A stretch of 64,000 nt of DNA from Roseicyclus sp. (GTDB taxonomy: Bacteria; Pseudomonadota; Alphaproteobacteria; Rhodobacterales; Rhodobacteraceae), in contig CBFIFZ010000001.1 in assembly GCA_965661995.1 (NCBI GenBank), positions 3,987-67,986 of the forward strand, in the 5' to 3' direction. Under the pieces are notes generated by a model that was given only the letters and a program-made list of their open reading frames with translations, was not told the DNA's origin and ran no database searches. Positions 19,421 through 30,115 of this stretch are shown here, in pieces. A program made the translations under genes and the position numbers. How positions within the stretch are numbered: position 1 is the first letter of the stretch; each line of letters opens with the position of its first letter.

Positions 19421-20629
19421 ATGGAAATGATTGTCGTGATCGGTGCCGGGCAGGCAGGCGCGGCCTGCGTTGCCAAGCTCAGGGCCGAGGGGTTCGCGGG
19501 CAAGATCACCCTGATCGGCGAGGAACACGCGCCGCCCTACCAGCGCCCGCCGCTCTCCAAGGGCTACCTTCTGGGTGAGATGGCGCTGGAGCGTCTCTAC
19601 CTCCGGCCCGAAAGCTACTACGCCGAGAACGGGATCGAACTGGTGCTCGACACCTGCGTGAACGCCATAGACCGCGCCGACCGTCAGGTCATCGCGGGCG
19701 GCACCGCCTACCCCTACGACGCGCTGGTGCTGGCCACGGGCTCGATCCCGCGCCGGTTGCCCGGCTCCATCGGGGGCGAGCTGGACGGGGTACATACAGT
19801 ACGCACGCTGCGCGACGTGGACGAGATGGAACCGGGCATGCAGCCGGGCCGCCGCGCGCTGATCGTGGGGGGCGGCTACATCGGGCTCGAGGCCGCGGCT
19901 GTCGCCCGCAAGCGGGGGATGGAGGTGACGCTGATCGAGATGGCAGACCGCATCCTGCAACGCGTCGCGGCGCCCGAAACCTCGGACTATTTCCGCGCGC
20001 TCCACCGGTCGCACAACGTCGATATCCGCGAGGGCGTCGGCCTGACCTGCCTCGTCGGCGTCGACGGGCGCGTCACCGGCGCGATCTTCTCGGACGCGAC
20101 CGAGCATCCCTTCGACATGGTGATCGTCGGCATCGGCATCACGCCCGCCACCACGCTGGCCGAGGCCGCGGGGCTGGAGATAGAGAACGGCATCGCGGTC
20201 GATGCGCAGGGCCGCACCAGCGACCCGGCTATCTGGGCCGCGGGCGATTGCGCCTGTTTCCCCTACAAGGGCGACCGCATCCGGCTGGAAAGCGTGCAGA
20301 ACGCCATCGACCAGGCCGAGGCGGTGGCGAAGAACATCCTCGGCGCGGGCGCGGATTACGTGCCGCAGCCGTGGTTCTGGTCGGACCAGTACGAGGTGAA
20401 GCTGCAGATCGCCGGGCTGAACACCGGCCATGACCGTGTCGTTGTCCGCGACGGCGGCGCGGGTCGGTCGCATTGGTACTACGCGGGCGAGACGCTTCTG
20501 GCGGTGGACGCGATGAACGATCCGCGCGGCTACATGATCGGCAAGCGTCTGATCGAGGCGGGCAAATCGCCCGCGCCCGAGATGGTGGGCGATCCGGAGG
20601 CCGACCTCAAACCCCTGCTGAAAGGCTAG
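19421..20629 (+). CDS. NAD(P)/FAD-dependent ferredoxin reductase
   Basis: GAGQAG, PYQRPPLSK, GGGYIGLE, WFWSDQY. Confidence 0.92.
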   Translation: MEMIVVIGAGQAGAACVAKLRAEGFAGKITLIGEEHAPPYQRPPLSKGYLLGEMALERLYLRPESYYAENGIELVLDTCVNAIDRADRQVIAGGTAYPYDALVLATGSIPRRLPGSIGGELDGVHTVRTLRDVDEMEPGMQPGRRALIVGGGYIGLEAAAVARKRGMEVTLIEMADRILQRVAAPETSDYFRALHRSHNVDIREGVGLTCLVGVDGRVTGAIFSDATEHPFDMVIVGIGITPATTLAEAAGLEIENGIAVDAQGRTSDPAIWAAGDCACFPYKGDRIRLESVQNAIDQAEAVAKNILGAGADYVPQPWFWSDQYEVKLQIAGLNTGHDRVVVRDGGAGRSHWYYAGETLLAVDAMNDPRGYMIGKRLIEAGKSPAPEMVGDPEADLKPLLKG

Positions 20630-20635
20630 GCGCGC

Positions 20636-21202
20636 GTGCGGATCGTTGCGGGGCGTCTGAGGGGCAAGAAGCTGGCCGAGGTGGGCGCGGGCGATGCCGC
20701 GGCGCATCTGCGCCCCACGACCGACCGGGTGCGCGAGAGCCTGTTCAACGTCATTGCCAGCGGCAAGCATGGCGACCCGATCACGGGCGTTCGGGTGCTG
20801 GACCTGTTCGCGGGCACCGGCGCGCTGGGCCTCGAGGCGCTGAGCCGCGGGGCGGCGCATGTGACCTTCGTCGATGACGGAACGGCGGCGCGCGCTTTGT
20901 TGCGCGAGAACGTGGCGCTGTGTTCGGCGCAGGGCGTGACCAAGGTTTTCCGCCGCGACGCCACGGACCTGGGGCCGGTGAAGGGCGGGGCCTTTGACCT
21001 CGTGTTCCTCGATCCGCCCTACGGGCAGGGATTGGGCGAGCGGGCGCTGGCCTCGGCCCTTCAGGGCGGCTGGATCGCGCCCGGCGCGCTGGTGGTCTGG
21101 GAAGAGAGCACCCCGCCCCTGCCGCCGGCGGGCTTGAGCCTTCTGGATCAACGCAGCTACGGCGGCACGGTCATCACCCTTTTGCGCTACGAGGCAAGCT
21201 GA
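20636..21202 (+). CDS. rsmD: 16S rRNA m2G966 methyltransferase
   Basis: MRIVAG, LRPTTDRVRESLFN, LDLFAGTGALGLEALSRGA, DPPY. Confidence 0.95.
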   Translation: MRIVAGRLRGKKLAEVGAGDAAAHLRPTTDRVRESLFNVIASGKHGDPITGVRVLDLFAGTGALGLEALSRGAAHVTFVDDGTAARALLRENVALCSAQGVTKVFRRDATDLGPVKGGAFDLVFLDPPYGQGLGERALASALQGGWIAPGALVVWEESTPPLPPAGLSLLDQRSYGGTVITLLRYEAS

Positions 21203-21864
21203 TGCGCCCCGAGTTGGTGATCTTCGATTGTGATGGCGTGCTGGTGGACAGCGAGACGGTCTCGAACCGCGTTCTGGCCGACAACCTCGCACGCCATGGC
21301 TTGAGCCTGACGCTCGAGCAGACGATGGCGAGTTTCGTGGGGCGCAGCATGACCGGCGTGCGCGACACCGCCCGCGCGATGGGGGCCGATCTGCCCGGAG
21401 ACTGGATCGACGAAATCTACGCCGAGACCTATGCCGCCCTGCGCCAAGGCGTCGACGTGATCGCGGGCATCCCCGCCTTGCTCGATGCGCTGGAGGGGGC
21501 GGGCATCCCCTGTTGCGTCGCCTCGAACGGCAGTGACGAGAAGATGGACATCACCCTTGGCGCCACCGGTCTTGCGCCGCGGTTCCACGGGCGGCGCTAC
21601 TCGGCGCATGCTCTGGGCGTGTCCAAGCCCGACCCCGACCTGTTCCTGATCGCGGCCAAGGCACACGGTGCCGACCCCTCACGCTGCCTTGTGATCGAGG
21701 ACAGCCCCAGCGGCGCGATTGCCGCGCGGCGGGCCGGGATGGCCTGCCTCGGCTATGTGCCCGAGGGGCACGAGGACCGGCTGAGCGCCGAGGGCGCGAC
21801 GGTCATCCGGCACATGGATGCCGTCGCAGCCCATATCGGGCTGTCCCCTGCTCAGTCGGCGTAG
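21202..21864 (+). CDS. HAD family phosphatase
   Basis: FDCDGVLVDSE, KPDPDLF, IEDSPSG. Confidence 0.92.
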   Translation: MRPELVIFDCDGVLVDSETVSNRVLADNLARHGLSLTLEQTMASFVGRSMTGVRDTARAMGADLPGDWIDEIYAETYAALRQGVDVIAGIPALLDALEGAGIPCCVASNGSDEKMDITLGATGLAPRFHGRRYSAHALGVSKPDPDLFLIAAKAHGADPSRCLVIEDSPSGAIAARRAGMACLGYVPEGHEDRLSAEGATVIRHMDAVAAHIGLSPAQSA

Positions 21865-22916
21865 GGCCCCGGCGCGCTGCCGGTCTCGGCGGCGACCGCC
21901 GCGCGGGCGGCCTCGACCAGCGCGGCACCGTCCAGACCACGGGCGTTCGCCTCGGCGATCCACTCGGCGACGACCTGCTCCCCAAGCGCCTCGATCTCGG
22001 CGGTCAGCTCGGGCGACATCTCGGCAATCGTGTTGCCGGCCTCTTCCATCGCGATCCGCCCCGCGGCATCGCCGATGTCATGGGCGCGGCCCGCCCAGGC
22101 CGAGGCCATCAGCCCCGAGTTCGCGTCGATCACCGCGCGCAGGTCGGGGGGCAACCCCTCGTAGCTGTCGCGGTTCATCGCCCAGAGGAAATAGAGGTTG
22201 TAGAGGGAATGGTCGCCCGCCACGTCGGTGTGGCTTTCGGTCAGCTCGTCCAGCCGCAGCGAGGGGGCCTGTTCCCACGTGATGACGCCGCCGTCCACGA
22301 CGCCGCGCGAGAGCGCCTCGGGGAAGGCGGGGACGGGCATGCCCACGGGCGTGGCCCCCAGCCGTTCCAGCAGCAGCGTCGCCGCCCGCGACGGGCCGCG
22401 CAGGCGCAAGCCGTTGAAGTCGGAAAGCGCCTCGATCGGCGGAGCCTGCAGGTGGATCAACCCGCGCCCGTGCATGTGCACGGCGACGATATGGACATCG
22501 GCGAAATCGTCCATCAGGAGGTCTTGCGTAAAGGTCCAGGCCGCGCGGCTGGCCTCCTCGGCCGATTTCGTCGTCATGAAGGGCAGTTCCAGCGCCTCGG
22601 CCTCGGGGAAGCGGCCGGCCTGGTAGCCGGGGATGACCCAGCCGCCGTCGACCACGCCGTCGCGGATCAGGTCGTATTGATCGGGGGCCGCACCGCCAAG
22701 CTGCATGAACGGGTAGATCTCGACCGCGATGCGGCCATTCGACTGCTCCTCGATCGCCTCGGCCCACGGTTGCATGAAATGCGTCGGGTTGGCGGACGCC
22801 GGCGAGACGAAATGCTGGAAACGCAGCGTCACCTCGGGTTCGGCCTGCTGGGCTGTGGCGGCGCTGGCAAGCGTGAGCCCGAAAAGCGTGGCGGTCAGGG
22901 TCTTCGCAAGGGTCAT
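21852..22916 (-). CDS. TRAP transporter substrate-binding protein (DctP family)
   Basis: Signal peptide, MQLGG..DQY, GVVD, GLRLR, PVGMP; no dctQ/M adjacent. Confidence 0.88.
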   Translation of the reverse strand: MTLAKTLTATLFGLTLASAATAQQAEPEVTLRFQHFVSPASANPTHFMQPWAEAIEEQSNGRIAVEIYPFMQLGGAAPDQYDLIRDGVVDGGWVIPGYQAGRFPEAEALELPFMTTKSAEEASRAAWTFTQDLLMDDFADVHIVAVHMHGRGLIHLQAPPIEALSDFNGLRLRGPSRAATLLLERLGATPVGMPVPAFPEALSRGVVDGGVITWEQAPSLRLDELTESHTDVAGDHSLYNLYFLWAMNRDSYEGLPPDLRAVIDANSGLMASAWAGRAHDIGDAAGRIAMEEAGNTIAEMSPELTAEIEALGEQVVAEWIAEANARGLDGAALVEAARAAVAAETGSAPGPYAD

Positions 22917-23143
22917 GTCGGCCCTCCTTCATGGCGAAAGGTCGGTCACGGGTCCGCCTAGCTGGGGCGGGGTCTGCATGTAATGGGGCAGCGTGACGCT
23001 GCAATGGTGGGGCGGAGGGGGAATATCTTGTGGATGTCCCCTCACCCGCCCCCCGATCTGGCGTCCGAAGGCTTGTTAACGGCTTCTCAACATGGGACAG
23101 TCCATAAAAATCGAGCAAAAAACGAGAGATCCGACAGGCTTCC

Positions 23144-25186
23144 ATGCAGGACGCGACCGCCCTTCTTTCCTCCGTCTTCGGGTTTTCGGCCTTTCGCCCC
23201 GGCCAGGCCGAGATCGTCGAGGCGGTCGCCCGGGGCCGCAACGTTCTGGCGATCATGCCGACGGGCGGGGGCAAATCGCTCTGCTTCCAGCTGCCCGCGC
23301 TGATGCGCGATGGCGTGACGGTGGTCATCTCGCCCCTGATCGCGCTGATGCGCGACCAGGTGCGCGGTCTGCGCGAGGCGGGCGTGGTCGCGGGTGCGCT
23401 GACCAGTGGCAATACGCCCGAGGAAACCGATGCCGTCTGGGCCGCGCTCGAGGACCGCAGCCTGAAACTGCTCTACATCGCGCCCGAGCGGCTGGCCTCC
23501 TCCGGCGCGGAGCGGATGCTGAAGCGCGCGGGTGTATCCCTTATCGCGGTCGATGAGGCGCATTGCGTCAGCCAGTGGGGCCATGACTTCCGCCCCGATT
23601 ACCTGCGCATCGGCGCGCTGCGCCGCGACCTGGGCGTGCCGCTGGCCGCCTTTACCGCGACGGCGGATTCCGAGACGCGGGCCGAGATCGTGGAGCGTCT
23701 CTTCGACGGGGAGCCGCCCGAAAGCTTCCTGCGCGGCTTCGACCGCCCGAACCTCGCCCTTGCCTTCGAAGTGAAGCAGAACCCCCGCCAACAGATCCTG
23801 TCCTTCGCCGCCGCCCGCAAGGGGCAGTCCGGCATCGTCTATTGCGGCACCCGCGCCAAGACCGAGACGCTGGCGCAAGCGCTGCGCGAGGCGGGGCACA
23901 CCGCCTGCCATTACCACGGCGGCATGGAGGCCGAGGACCGCCGCATCGTCGAGGGACGTTTTGCCAGCGAGGACGGGCTGATCGTGGTCGCGACCATCGC
24001 CTTCGGCATGGGCGTCGATAAGCCCGATATCCGCTGGGTCGCCCATGCCGATCTGCCCAAGTCGATCGAAGGCTATTACCAGGAGATCGGCCGCGCGGGC
24101 CGCGACGGGGCGCCCGCAGACACGATGACGTTGTTCGGGCCGGATGACATCCGCTTCCGCCGCCAACAGATCGACGAGGGGCTCGCGCCCCCCGAGCGGA
24201 AAGAGGCCGACCATGCCCGGCTGAACGCGCTTCTGGGTCTGGCCGAGGCACTGGGCTGTCGGCGGCGGGTGCTTCTGGGCTATTTCGGGGAGCAGGCGGA
24301 GCCCTGCGGGAATTGCGATCTGTGTGCCGCGCCGCCCGATGTGTTCGATGCGACGACGCCCGTGCGCAAGGCGCTTTCCGCGATCCTGCGGACCGGCGAA
24401 AGCTTCGGCGCGGGGCACCTCATCGACATTCTCACTGGGACCGAGACCGACCGCATCCGCCAGCGCGGCCATGACCGGCTGCCGACCTATGGCGTCGGCA
24501 CCGAGTTCGACAAGCGCGGATGGCAGGCGGTGTTCCGGCAGATGGCCGCCCATGACCTCGTCCGCCCCGACCCGGCGCGGCATGGCGCGCTGCGCATGAC
24601 CGAGGCCGCGCGGCCCATCCTGCGTGGCGAAGCCGAGATCACCTTGCGCCGCGATACCATCGCCAAGGCCCCGCGCCGCCCGCAGGTCAAGATGCTGGTC
24701 AGCGAAGAGGACGCGCCGCTACTGTCGGCGCTCAAGGCCAAGCGCCGCGCGCTGGCCGAGGCGGCGAAGGTGCCGGCCTATGTCATCTTCACCGACAAGA
24801 CCCTGATCGAGATGGCCGAGACGCGGCCCGACACGCTGGACGCGATGGCGCGGATCAGCGGCGTGGGGGCGACCAAGCTCGAGAAATACGGCGCCGCCTT
24901 TTTGTCGGTCATCACCGGCGATACGCCCGACGATCTGCACCCGGCCCGCCGCAAGCTGGCGGGGCGAGAGGCGGGCGCGCTCTACGACCGGCTGCTCGCG
25001 GTTCAGGCCGATCTGGCGCGCGGCGAGACGGGGACGGACAAGCCGATGACCTGCTCGTCCTCGCAGATCGCCAAGGTCGCCGAGGTGAAGCCGGGCGATC
25101 TGTCGTCGCTGACCCGGCTTCTTGGGGAACGGCATGCCGAAAGGTTCGGCGATGCCTTCCTCGAGGTTCTTCGCGAGGCCGGTTAA
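23144..25186 (+). CDS. recQ: ATP-dependent DNA helicase RecQ
   Basis: MPTGGGKSLCFQ, DEAHCVSQWGHDFRP, QEIGRAGRDG, Zn-binding CGNCDLC, HRDC. Confidence 0.97.
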   Translation: MQDATALLSSVFGFSAFRPGQAEIVEAVARGRNVLAIMPTGGGKSLCFQLPALMRDGVTVVISPLIALMRDQVRGLREAGVVAGALTSGNTPEETDAVWAALEDRSLKLLYIAPERLASSGAERMLKRAGVSLIAVDEAHCVSQWGHDFRPDYLRIGALRRDLGVPLAAFTATADSETRAEIVERLFDGEPPESFLRGFDRPNLALAFEVKQNPRQQILSFAAARKGQSGIVYCGTRAKTETLAQALREAGHTACHYHGGMEAEDRRIVEGRFASEDGLIVVATIAFGMGVDKPDIRWVAHADLPKSIEGYYQEIGRAGRDGAPADTMTLFGPDDIRFRRQQIDEGLAPPERKEADHARLNALLGLAEALGCRRRVLLGYFGEQAEPCGNCDLCAAPPDVFDATTPVRKALSAILRTGESFGAGHLIDILTGTETDRIRQRGHDRLPTYGVGTEFDKRGWQAVFRQMAAHDLVRPDPARHGALRMTEAARPILRGEAEITLRRDTIAKAPRRPQVKMLVSEEDAPLLSALKAKRRALAEAAKVPAYVIFTDKTLIEMAETRPDTLDAMARISGVGATKLEKYGAAFLSVITGDTPDDLHPARRKLAGREAGALYDRLLAVQADLARGETGTDKPMTCSSSQIAKVAEVKPGDLSSLTRLLGERHAERFGDAFLEVLREAG

Positions 25187-26343
25187 CCCCGGTGGCGGCG
25201 TGCCTCGGTCGTGGCCGCCTCGCCGATGATCGCCGTGGGGCCAAGCGGGCGCGTCCTGTCGGTGTCGAGGTCCGGCAACCCCTCGCGCGAGAGCAGGACG
25301 GCGACCGACCGAAGCCATGGCACATGGCTGCAGACGATCATCGTCGCCACCATGATCGGCACCGACAGGAACATCCCCGCGATGCCCCAGACCGACCCCC
25401 AGAAAGCCAGCGCGACGATGATCCCGAAGGTCGAGAGCCTGAGCGCGCGGCCCATCAGCCAGGGGTCGATGACATTGCCGTTGACGAACTGGATGACGCC
25501 CACGGCGATGAAAAAGGCCAGCGTCGGCGCGGGCTCACCCAGTTGCACGTAGGTCACGAAGGTCGCGAGCACGGTCGCCACGATGGAGCCGACATTGGGA
25601 ATGTAGTTGAGCACGAAGGTGATCACCCCGATCGCTACGGCCAGCTCCAGCCCGAAGACAAGCGCCACCCCATAGACCATCAGCCCGGTGATGGCGCTGA
25701 CCACGGTCTTGACCAGCAGGTAGTAGTTCACCCGGTGCATGATCGTGCCGATGATGCGCTGCGCGTGCCGCGCGCGCTCGCCGTCGCCGCCCATCAGGCT
25801 GGTCAGCTTCACGTCGAACCAGAGCCGCTCGGCAAAGAGGAAGCCGACGAAGAGGATCACCAGCACGGTGCCTTGCATCAGCCCGCCCGCCTGCCCGGCC
25901 ATCGCGCGCAGGTAGCCCGAGACATCGACGCTGCGCATCGCGTCGGCGATGGCGGTCTCGACCTCGGGGCCCATCCAGGCAAAAAGGTCGGCCGCGGCCG
26001 CCGGGGCGCGGTCGGTGTAGGTGAGCGTGGTCGAGAGCACCGTGTTGACCTGCGACAGGATCAGTGAGCTGAGCATGAAAAGCCCCGTCGAGATCAGCAG
26101 CACCGCCGCAAGGCTCGCCACCCAGTTGGGAATACGCAGGGGGCCGACCTTGATCCGCGAGATGAAGCCGATGGCGTCGCTGGTCAGGCTGAAGACGATG
26201 ATCGCCACCGCAAGCGATGTCAGCATGAAGCGCGCCTGGACGAGCAGGAACAGCACCACCGCCGCCGCAATGATGACAAGGGCCGCCGTCTGCAAGCGGG
26301 TACGGGTGTCTTTCGCACCTGTGGGGTCCTGTGGGTCTGTCAC
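25183..26343 (-). CDS. AI-2E family transporter
   Basis: LNYIPNVGS, FWGSVWGIAGMFLSVP, multiple TM segments. Confidence 0.9.
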   Translation of the reverse strand: MTDPQDPTGAKDTRTRLQTAALVIIAAAVVLFLLVQARFMLTSLAVAIIVFSLTSDAIGFISRIKVGPLRIPNWVASLAAVLLISTGLFMLSSLILSQVNTVLSTTLTYTDRAPAAAADLFAWMGPEVETAIADAMRSVDVSGYLRAMAGQAGGLMQGTVLVILFVGFLFAERLWFDVKLTSLMGGDGERARHAQRIIGTIMHRVNYYLLVKTVVSAITGLMVYGVALVFGLELAVAIGVITFVLNYIPNVGSIVATVLATFVTYVQLGEPAPTLAFFIAVGVIQFVNGNVIDPWLMGRALRLSTFGIIVALAFWGSVWGIAGMFLSVPIMVATMIVCSHVPWLRSVAVLLSREGLPDLDTDRTRPLGPTAIIGEAATTEARRHRG

Positions 26344-26481
26344 GGGTATCCTGCGCGTTGGTCGTGCCGAGTGTGGAACGCCCGCGCGGCGATCTCAAGG
26401 CAGGACTGGGGTGCTTCGGGTTGCCCGCCGCTGTCGGTGGCGCTACCTCGGGCATGAGGAACGGACGAAAGGAGTTTCCGC

Positions 26482-27258
26482 ATGCTGACCGTTATTTCCC
26501 CCGCCAAGCGCCTCGACTGGGCCGACCGCGACGTGGATATGACGGAACCGTCGTTCCGCGAGGATGCGGTGACGCTGGCGCGGGCTGCCAAACGGCTGAG
26601 CCAGGCCGAGCTGGGCAAGCTGATGGACCTGTCGCCCAATCTCGCCAAGCTGAACGCTGACCGATTCAAGCGGTTCGAGGAGGCCGCCGACGATGTGCGC
26701 CCCGCAGCACTGGCCTTTGCCGGCGACACCTACCAGGGGCTGGAGGCGGCCAGCCTCGATCCCGAGGACATGCGCTTTGCGCAGGAGCGGCTGCGCATCC
26801 TGTCGGGGCTTTATGGTATCCTGCGCCCGCTCGATGCGATCCAGCCCTACCGGCTGGAGATGGGCAGCCGGTTGAAGACCCGGAAGGGCGCGAACCTTTA
26901 TGCCTACTGGGGCGACCGGCTGGCGCGGACCCTGAACGCCGAAGCCGAGCGGCTGGGCACCGACACGCTGATCAACTGCGCGTCGGTCGAGTATTTCTCG
27001 GCGGTCGACGCCGACGCGTTGAGCCTTCAGGTGATCACGCCCCAGTTTCTCGAGGACAAGCCGGGCGGGCCCAAGATCGTCAGCTTCTACGCCAAGAAGG
27101 CGCGCGGCGCGATGGCGCGCTTCATCATCGAGCGGCGGCTGACGGACCCTGCGGGCATCCTCGACTTCGACACGGGCGGCTACGCCCACGCCCCCGACCT
27201 CAGCGCGCCGGGCAAGCCCGCCTTCCTGCGCCGGGAGGCTGCGGCAAGCGCCGCCTAA
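26482..27258 (+). CDS. yaaA: Peroxide stress protein YaaA (DUF328)
   Basis: ISPAKRLD, LSGLYGILRPLDAIQPYRLEMG, AKKARG. Confidence 0.95.
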   Translation: MLTVISPAKRLDWADRDVDMTEPSFREDAVTLARAAKRLSQAELGKLMDLSPNLAKLNADRFKRFEEAADDVRPAALAFAGDTYQGLEAASLDPEDMRFAQERLRILSGLYGILRPLDAIQPYRLEMGSRLKTRKGANLYAYWGDRLARTLNAEAERLGTDTLINCASVEYFSAVDADALSLQVITPQFLEDKPGGPKIVSFYAKKARGAMARFIIERRLTDPAGILDFDTGGYAHAPDLSAPGKPAFLRREAAASAA

Positions 27259-27530
27259 CCCGCGCTCGGCGGGGCAAGGACCGCCGAGGTCAGCGCCATC
27301 ACCACAAGGACGAAGGTCAGGAAAAGCAGGGTGTTCCGCTCCGACCTGTCCTCGGGGGCGCGGAACCAGCGGCCCGCCTGTTTCAGCACCTGGCCGGGGC
27401 CGGAAAAGGTGTTCCCCGTCTCCGCCTCGGCGCGCCTGCGCCACAGGAAAAGCGTGCGGAACATCAGCGTCGCCCAGGCGATGAAGACGAGGCCCTGAAG
27501 GACAAGCTGGATGGTCTGTCCGGTGCTCAT
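27255..27530 (-). CDS. Hypothetical small membrane protein
   Basis: Two hydrophobic segments; ATGA-coupled to the upstream small gene. Confidence 0.65.
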   Translation of the reverse strand: MSTGQTIQLVLQGLVFIAWATLMFRTLFLWRRRAEAETGNTFSGPGQVLKQAGRWFRAPEDRSERNTLLFLTFVLVVMALTSAVLAPPSAG

Positions 27531-27730
27531 GGGTCGTCCTTTCGTGTCAACTGGCGCAGACACCATATCGCCGAGCCCCCGAAGAAGGCAGTCCCGATGA
27601 TGGCGATTTCCAGCGACGCAATGCCGCCGATCCCGTTGAAGGCATAGGCGCCGATCAGCATGGCCAGCCCCGCAAGGCTGATCGCGAGGCGCAGCTTGAT
27701 CTCGCCGCGGGTGGGGCCGAACTTGCTCAT
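27527..27730 (-). CDS. Hypothetical small membrane protein
   Basis: 67 aa, two TM segments; ATGA-coupled to the MBL gene. Confidence 0.65.
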   Translation of the reverse strand: MSKFGPTRGEIKLRLAISLAGLAMLIGAYAFNGIGGIASLEIAIIGTAFFGGSAIWCLRQLTRKDDP

Positions 27731-28596
27731 GCCCCGGCCGTCCGTGGTGTCAGGCTCAGACCATCTGTGCCGATGATGGTGGGACCGTCGAACTCCAGCG
27801 CGACGGCGGCCAGCCAGTCCTCGGCGGTGATGCCGGGGTCGTCGGCCGGGATCAGGTGGTGCAGGACCAGCATTCCGACGCCCGCGGCAGCCGCGATACG
27901 CGCGGCATCCACGGCCTCGGTATGGGACCGCGTGATATGCGCCTTGAGCCGCGAGCCGTTCCCCGTGCGCGCCACCAGCCGGTCGACGCCGCGTTCAAGC
28001 ATCGCCTCGTGCACGAGGATGTCGGACCCGCGGGCGAAATCGGCGAGCGGCGGAAAATGCGCGGTGTCCGACGAGAAGGTGACCGACCAGTCCGGGCTGT
28101 CGAAGCGCAGGGCGAAGCAATCGGTGACCGGCGGGTGATCGACGCGGAGCGCCTTCACCGAAAGCCCGTCGACCGGCAGCGGCCCCTCGGAATACTCGTG
28201 TACCTGCACGAGGGTGCGCAGGTCGGGGCGCCCTTCGTCCTCGATCCGAAGGTCGATGTCGTATTTCAGCGAGGCGAGGAACCCGTCCCAGACGGCCCGC
28301 GTGCCGGGTGGGCCGAAGACCTTCACGAGGGTCGCAAGGCCCGTGGTCCAGGCCGTGTGCAGGAGCGGCCCCAGTTCCAGCACATGATCCGAGTGCAGAT
28401 GCGTGATGAAGACCAGGTCGAGCGTCTTGAGGTTCACGCCCGCCTCGACCAGCCCCTTGGACACGCCGAGGCCGCAATCCACGACGCAGCGCCGCCCGCC
28501 GATCTCGAGCAGCGAGGCGGTGGGCATCGGCCCGCCGGGCCGGATCGCCGGGCCGCCCTTGGTGCCGAGCAGCACCAGCCTGTCCGCAATCACCAT
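27727..28596 (-). CDS. MBL-fold metallo-hydrolase (RNase Z/AtsA-like; start approximate)
   Basis: LLGTKGGP, THLHSDH, SSDT, LVHEA, SHT, LHHL. Confidence 0.88.
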   Translation of the reverse strand: MVIADRLVLLGTKGGPAIRPGGPMPTASLLEIGGRRCVVDCGLGVSKGLVEAGVNLKTLDLVFITHLHSDHVLELGPLLHTAWTTGLATLVKVFGPPGTRAVWDGFLASLKYDIDLRIEDEGRPDLRTLVQVHEYSEGPLPVDGLSVKALRVDHPPVTDCFALRFDSPDWSVTFSSDTAHFPPLADFARGSDILVHEAMLERGVDRLVARTGNGSRLKAHITRSHTEAVDAARIAAAAGVGMLVLHHLIPADDPGITAEDWLAAVALEFDGPTIIGTDGLSLTPRTAGA

Positions 28597-28630
28597 CACG
28601 CGCCCCCGGCCGCTTGTCGCCCGTCCAAGC

Positions 28631-29986
28631 CTACTTTCGCCCGGGCGTGCCGTCGAACTTCTTTTCAAGGCTGTCCCAGCAGTCGATGTAATCGTCCTGA
28701 AGAGGCGCCTCGGTCGCGGCGAAGGCGGTCAGGTGCTGCGGAAAGCGCGTCTCGAACATGAAGGACATCGTGTTGTCGAGCTTGTGTGGCTTGAGATCTG
28801 CGTTCGACGCGCCCTCGAAGGCCTCGCGGTCGGGACCGTGCGGCAGCATCATGTTGTGAAGCGACATGCCGCCGGGCACGAAGCCCTGCGGCTTGGCGTC
28901 GTACTGGCCGTAGATGTTGCCCATCAGCTCCGACATGATGTTCTTGTGATACCAGGGCGGGCGGAAGGTATCCTCGGCCACCATCCAGCGCTCGCGGAAT
29001 AGCACGAAGTCGATGTTCGCGGTCCCCGGCACGCCCGAGGGCGCGGTCAGCACGGTGAAGATCGACGGATCGGGATGGTCGAACAGGATCGCACCGACCG
29101 GGCAATAGGTCGACAGGTCATACTTGTAGGGCGCGTAGTTGCCGTGCCACGCCACCACGTCGAGCGGGCTTTGCCCGATCTCGGTCACGTGGAACTGCCC
29201 ACACCACTTGATCGTCAGGCGCGAGGGCACCTCGCGGTCCTCGTAGGCGGCGACCGGCGCCTTGAAGTCGCGTGGATTGGCCATGCAATTCGCCCCGATC
29301 GGCCCACGCCCCGGAAGCTCGAATTTCTGCCCGTAGTTCTCGCAGACGAAGCCGCGGCATGGCCCTTCCAGCACCTCGACCCGGTAGACGAGGCCGCGCG
29401 GCAGGATGGCGATTTCCTGGGGGGCAAGGTCGATGATGCCCAGCTCGGTGCAAAAACGCAGCCGCCCCTCCTGCGGGACGACCAGAAGCTCGCTGTCGGC
29501 GGAGTAGAAGTAGTCGTCCACCATCGACGCGGTGACGAGGTAGATGTGCGCGGCCATCCCCACCTGCGTGTTCACGTCGCCCGCGGTTGTCATCGTGCGC
29601 ATGCCCGTCAGCCATGTGAGCGGTGCGTCGCCCAGCGGCACCGGATCCCAGCGATACTGGCCGAGGCTGATGACATCGGGGTCAACGTTGGGCGCGGATT
29701 TCCAGTAGGGCAGGTGGATCCTGGCGTAGCGTGCGGAATGCTTGACCGAGGGGCGGATCCGGTAGGTCCAGGTCCGTTCGGGCGGGTTCGCGGTGAAGGC
29801 GGTGCCGCTGAGCTGCTCGCCGTAAAGGCCATAGTTGCACTTCTGCGGGCTGTTCATCCCCTGCGGCAGCGCGCCCGGCAGCGCCTCGGTCTCGAAATCA
29901 TTGGCGAAGCCCGGCATGTAGCCCTCGTGCGGGCCTGGCAGCGAAGGCGCCTGGATCATCGGGCGGGGGGTGCTTTGCTCGGTCAT
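28631..29986 (-). CDS. hmgA: Homogentisate 1,2-dioxygenase
   Basis: [44 protein letters not shown]. Confidence 0.96.
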   Translation of the reverse strand: MTEQSTPRPMIQAPSLPGPHEGYMPGFANDFETEALPGALPQGMNSPQKCNYGLYGEQLSGTAFTANPPERTWTYRIRPSVKHSARYARIHLPYWKSAPNVDPDVISLGQYRWDPVPLGDAPLTWLTGMRTMTTAGDVNTQVGMAAHIYLVTASMVDDYFYSADSELLVVPQEGRLRFCTELGIIDLAPQEIAILPRGLVYRVEVLEGPCRGFVCENYGQKFELPGRGPIGANCMANPRDFKAPVAAYEDREVPSRLTIKWCGQFHVTEIGQSPLDVVAWHGNYAPYKYDLSTYCPVGAILFDHPDPSIFTVLTAPSGVPGTANIDFVLFRERWMVAEDTFRPPWYHKNIMSELMGNIYGQYDAKPQGFVPGGMSLHNMMLPHGPDREAFEGASNADLKPHKLDNTMSFMFETRFPQHLTAFAATEAPLQDDYIDCWDSLEKKFDGTPGRK

Positions 29987-30115
29987 CGCGGTCTCTCCTG
30001 CGGGTCGGATGTCGACATGCCACAGGAACGTTGAAAATGCAACGAGCTGTCCCGCACCCGCCAAATGCAAAAGGCCCGCCTGAGCGGGCCCGTCTGCGTG
30101 TCTGTGAGGGTTGTG

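Noticed and set aside
18851-21292. 813-aa ORF ending in a peroxiredoxin as a fusion protein
   Set aside because: Only the last 161 aa (from ATG 19336, with an RBS) are real; the rest is antisense to the reductase and rsmD.
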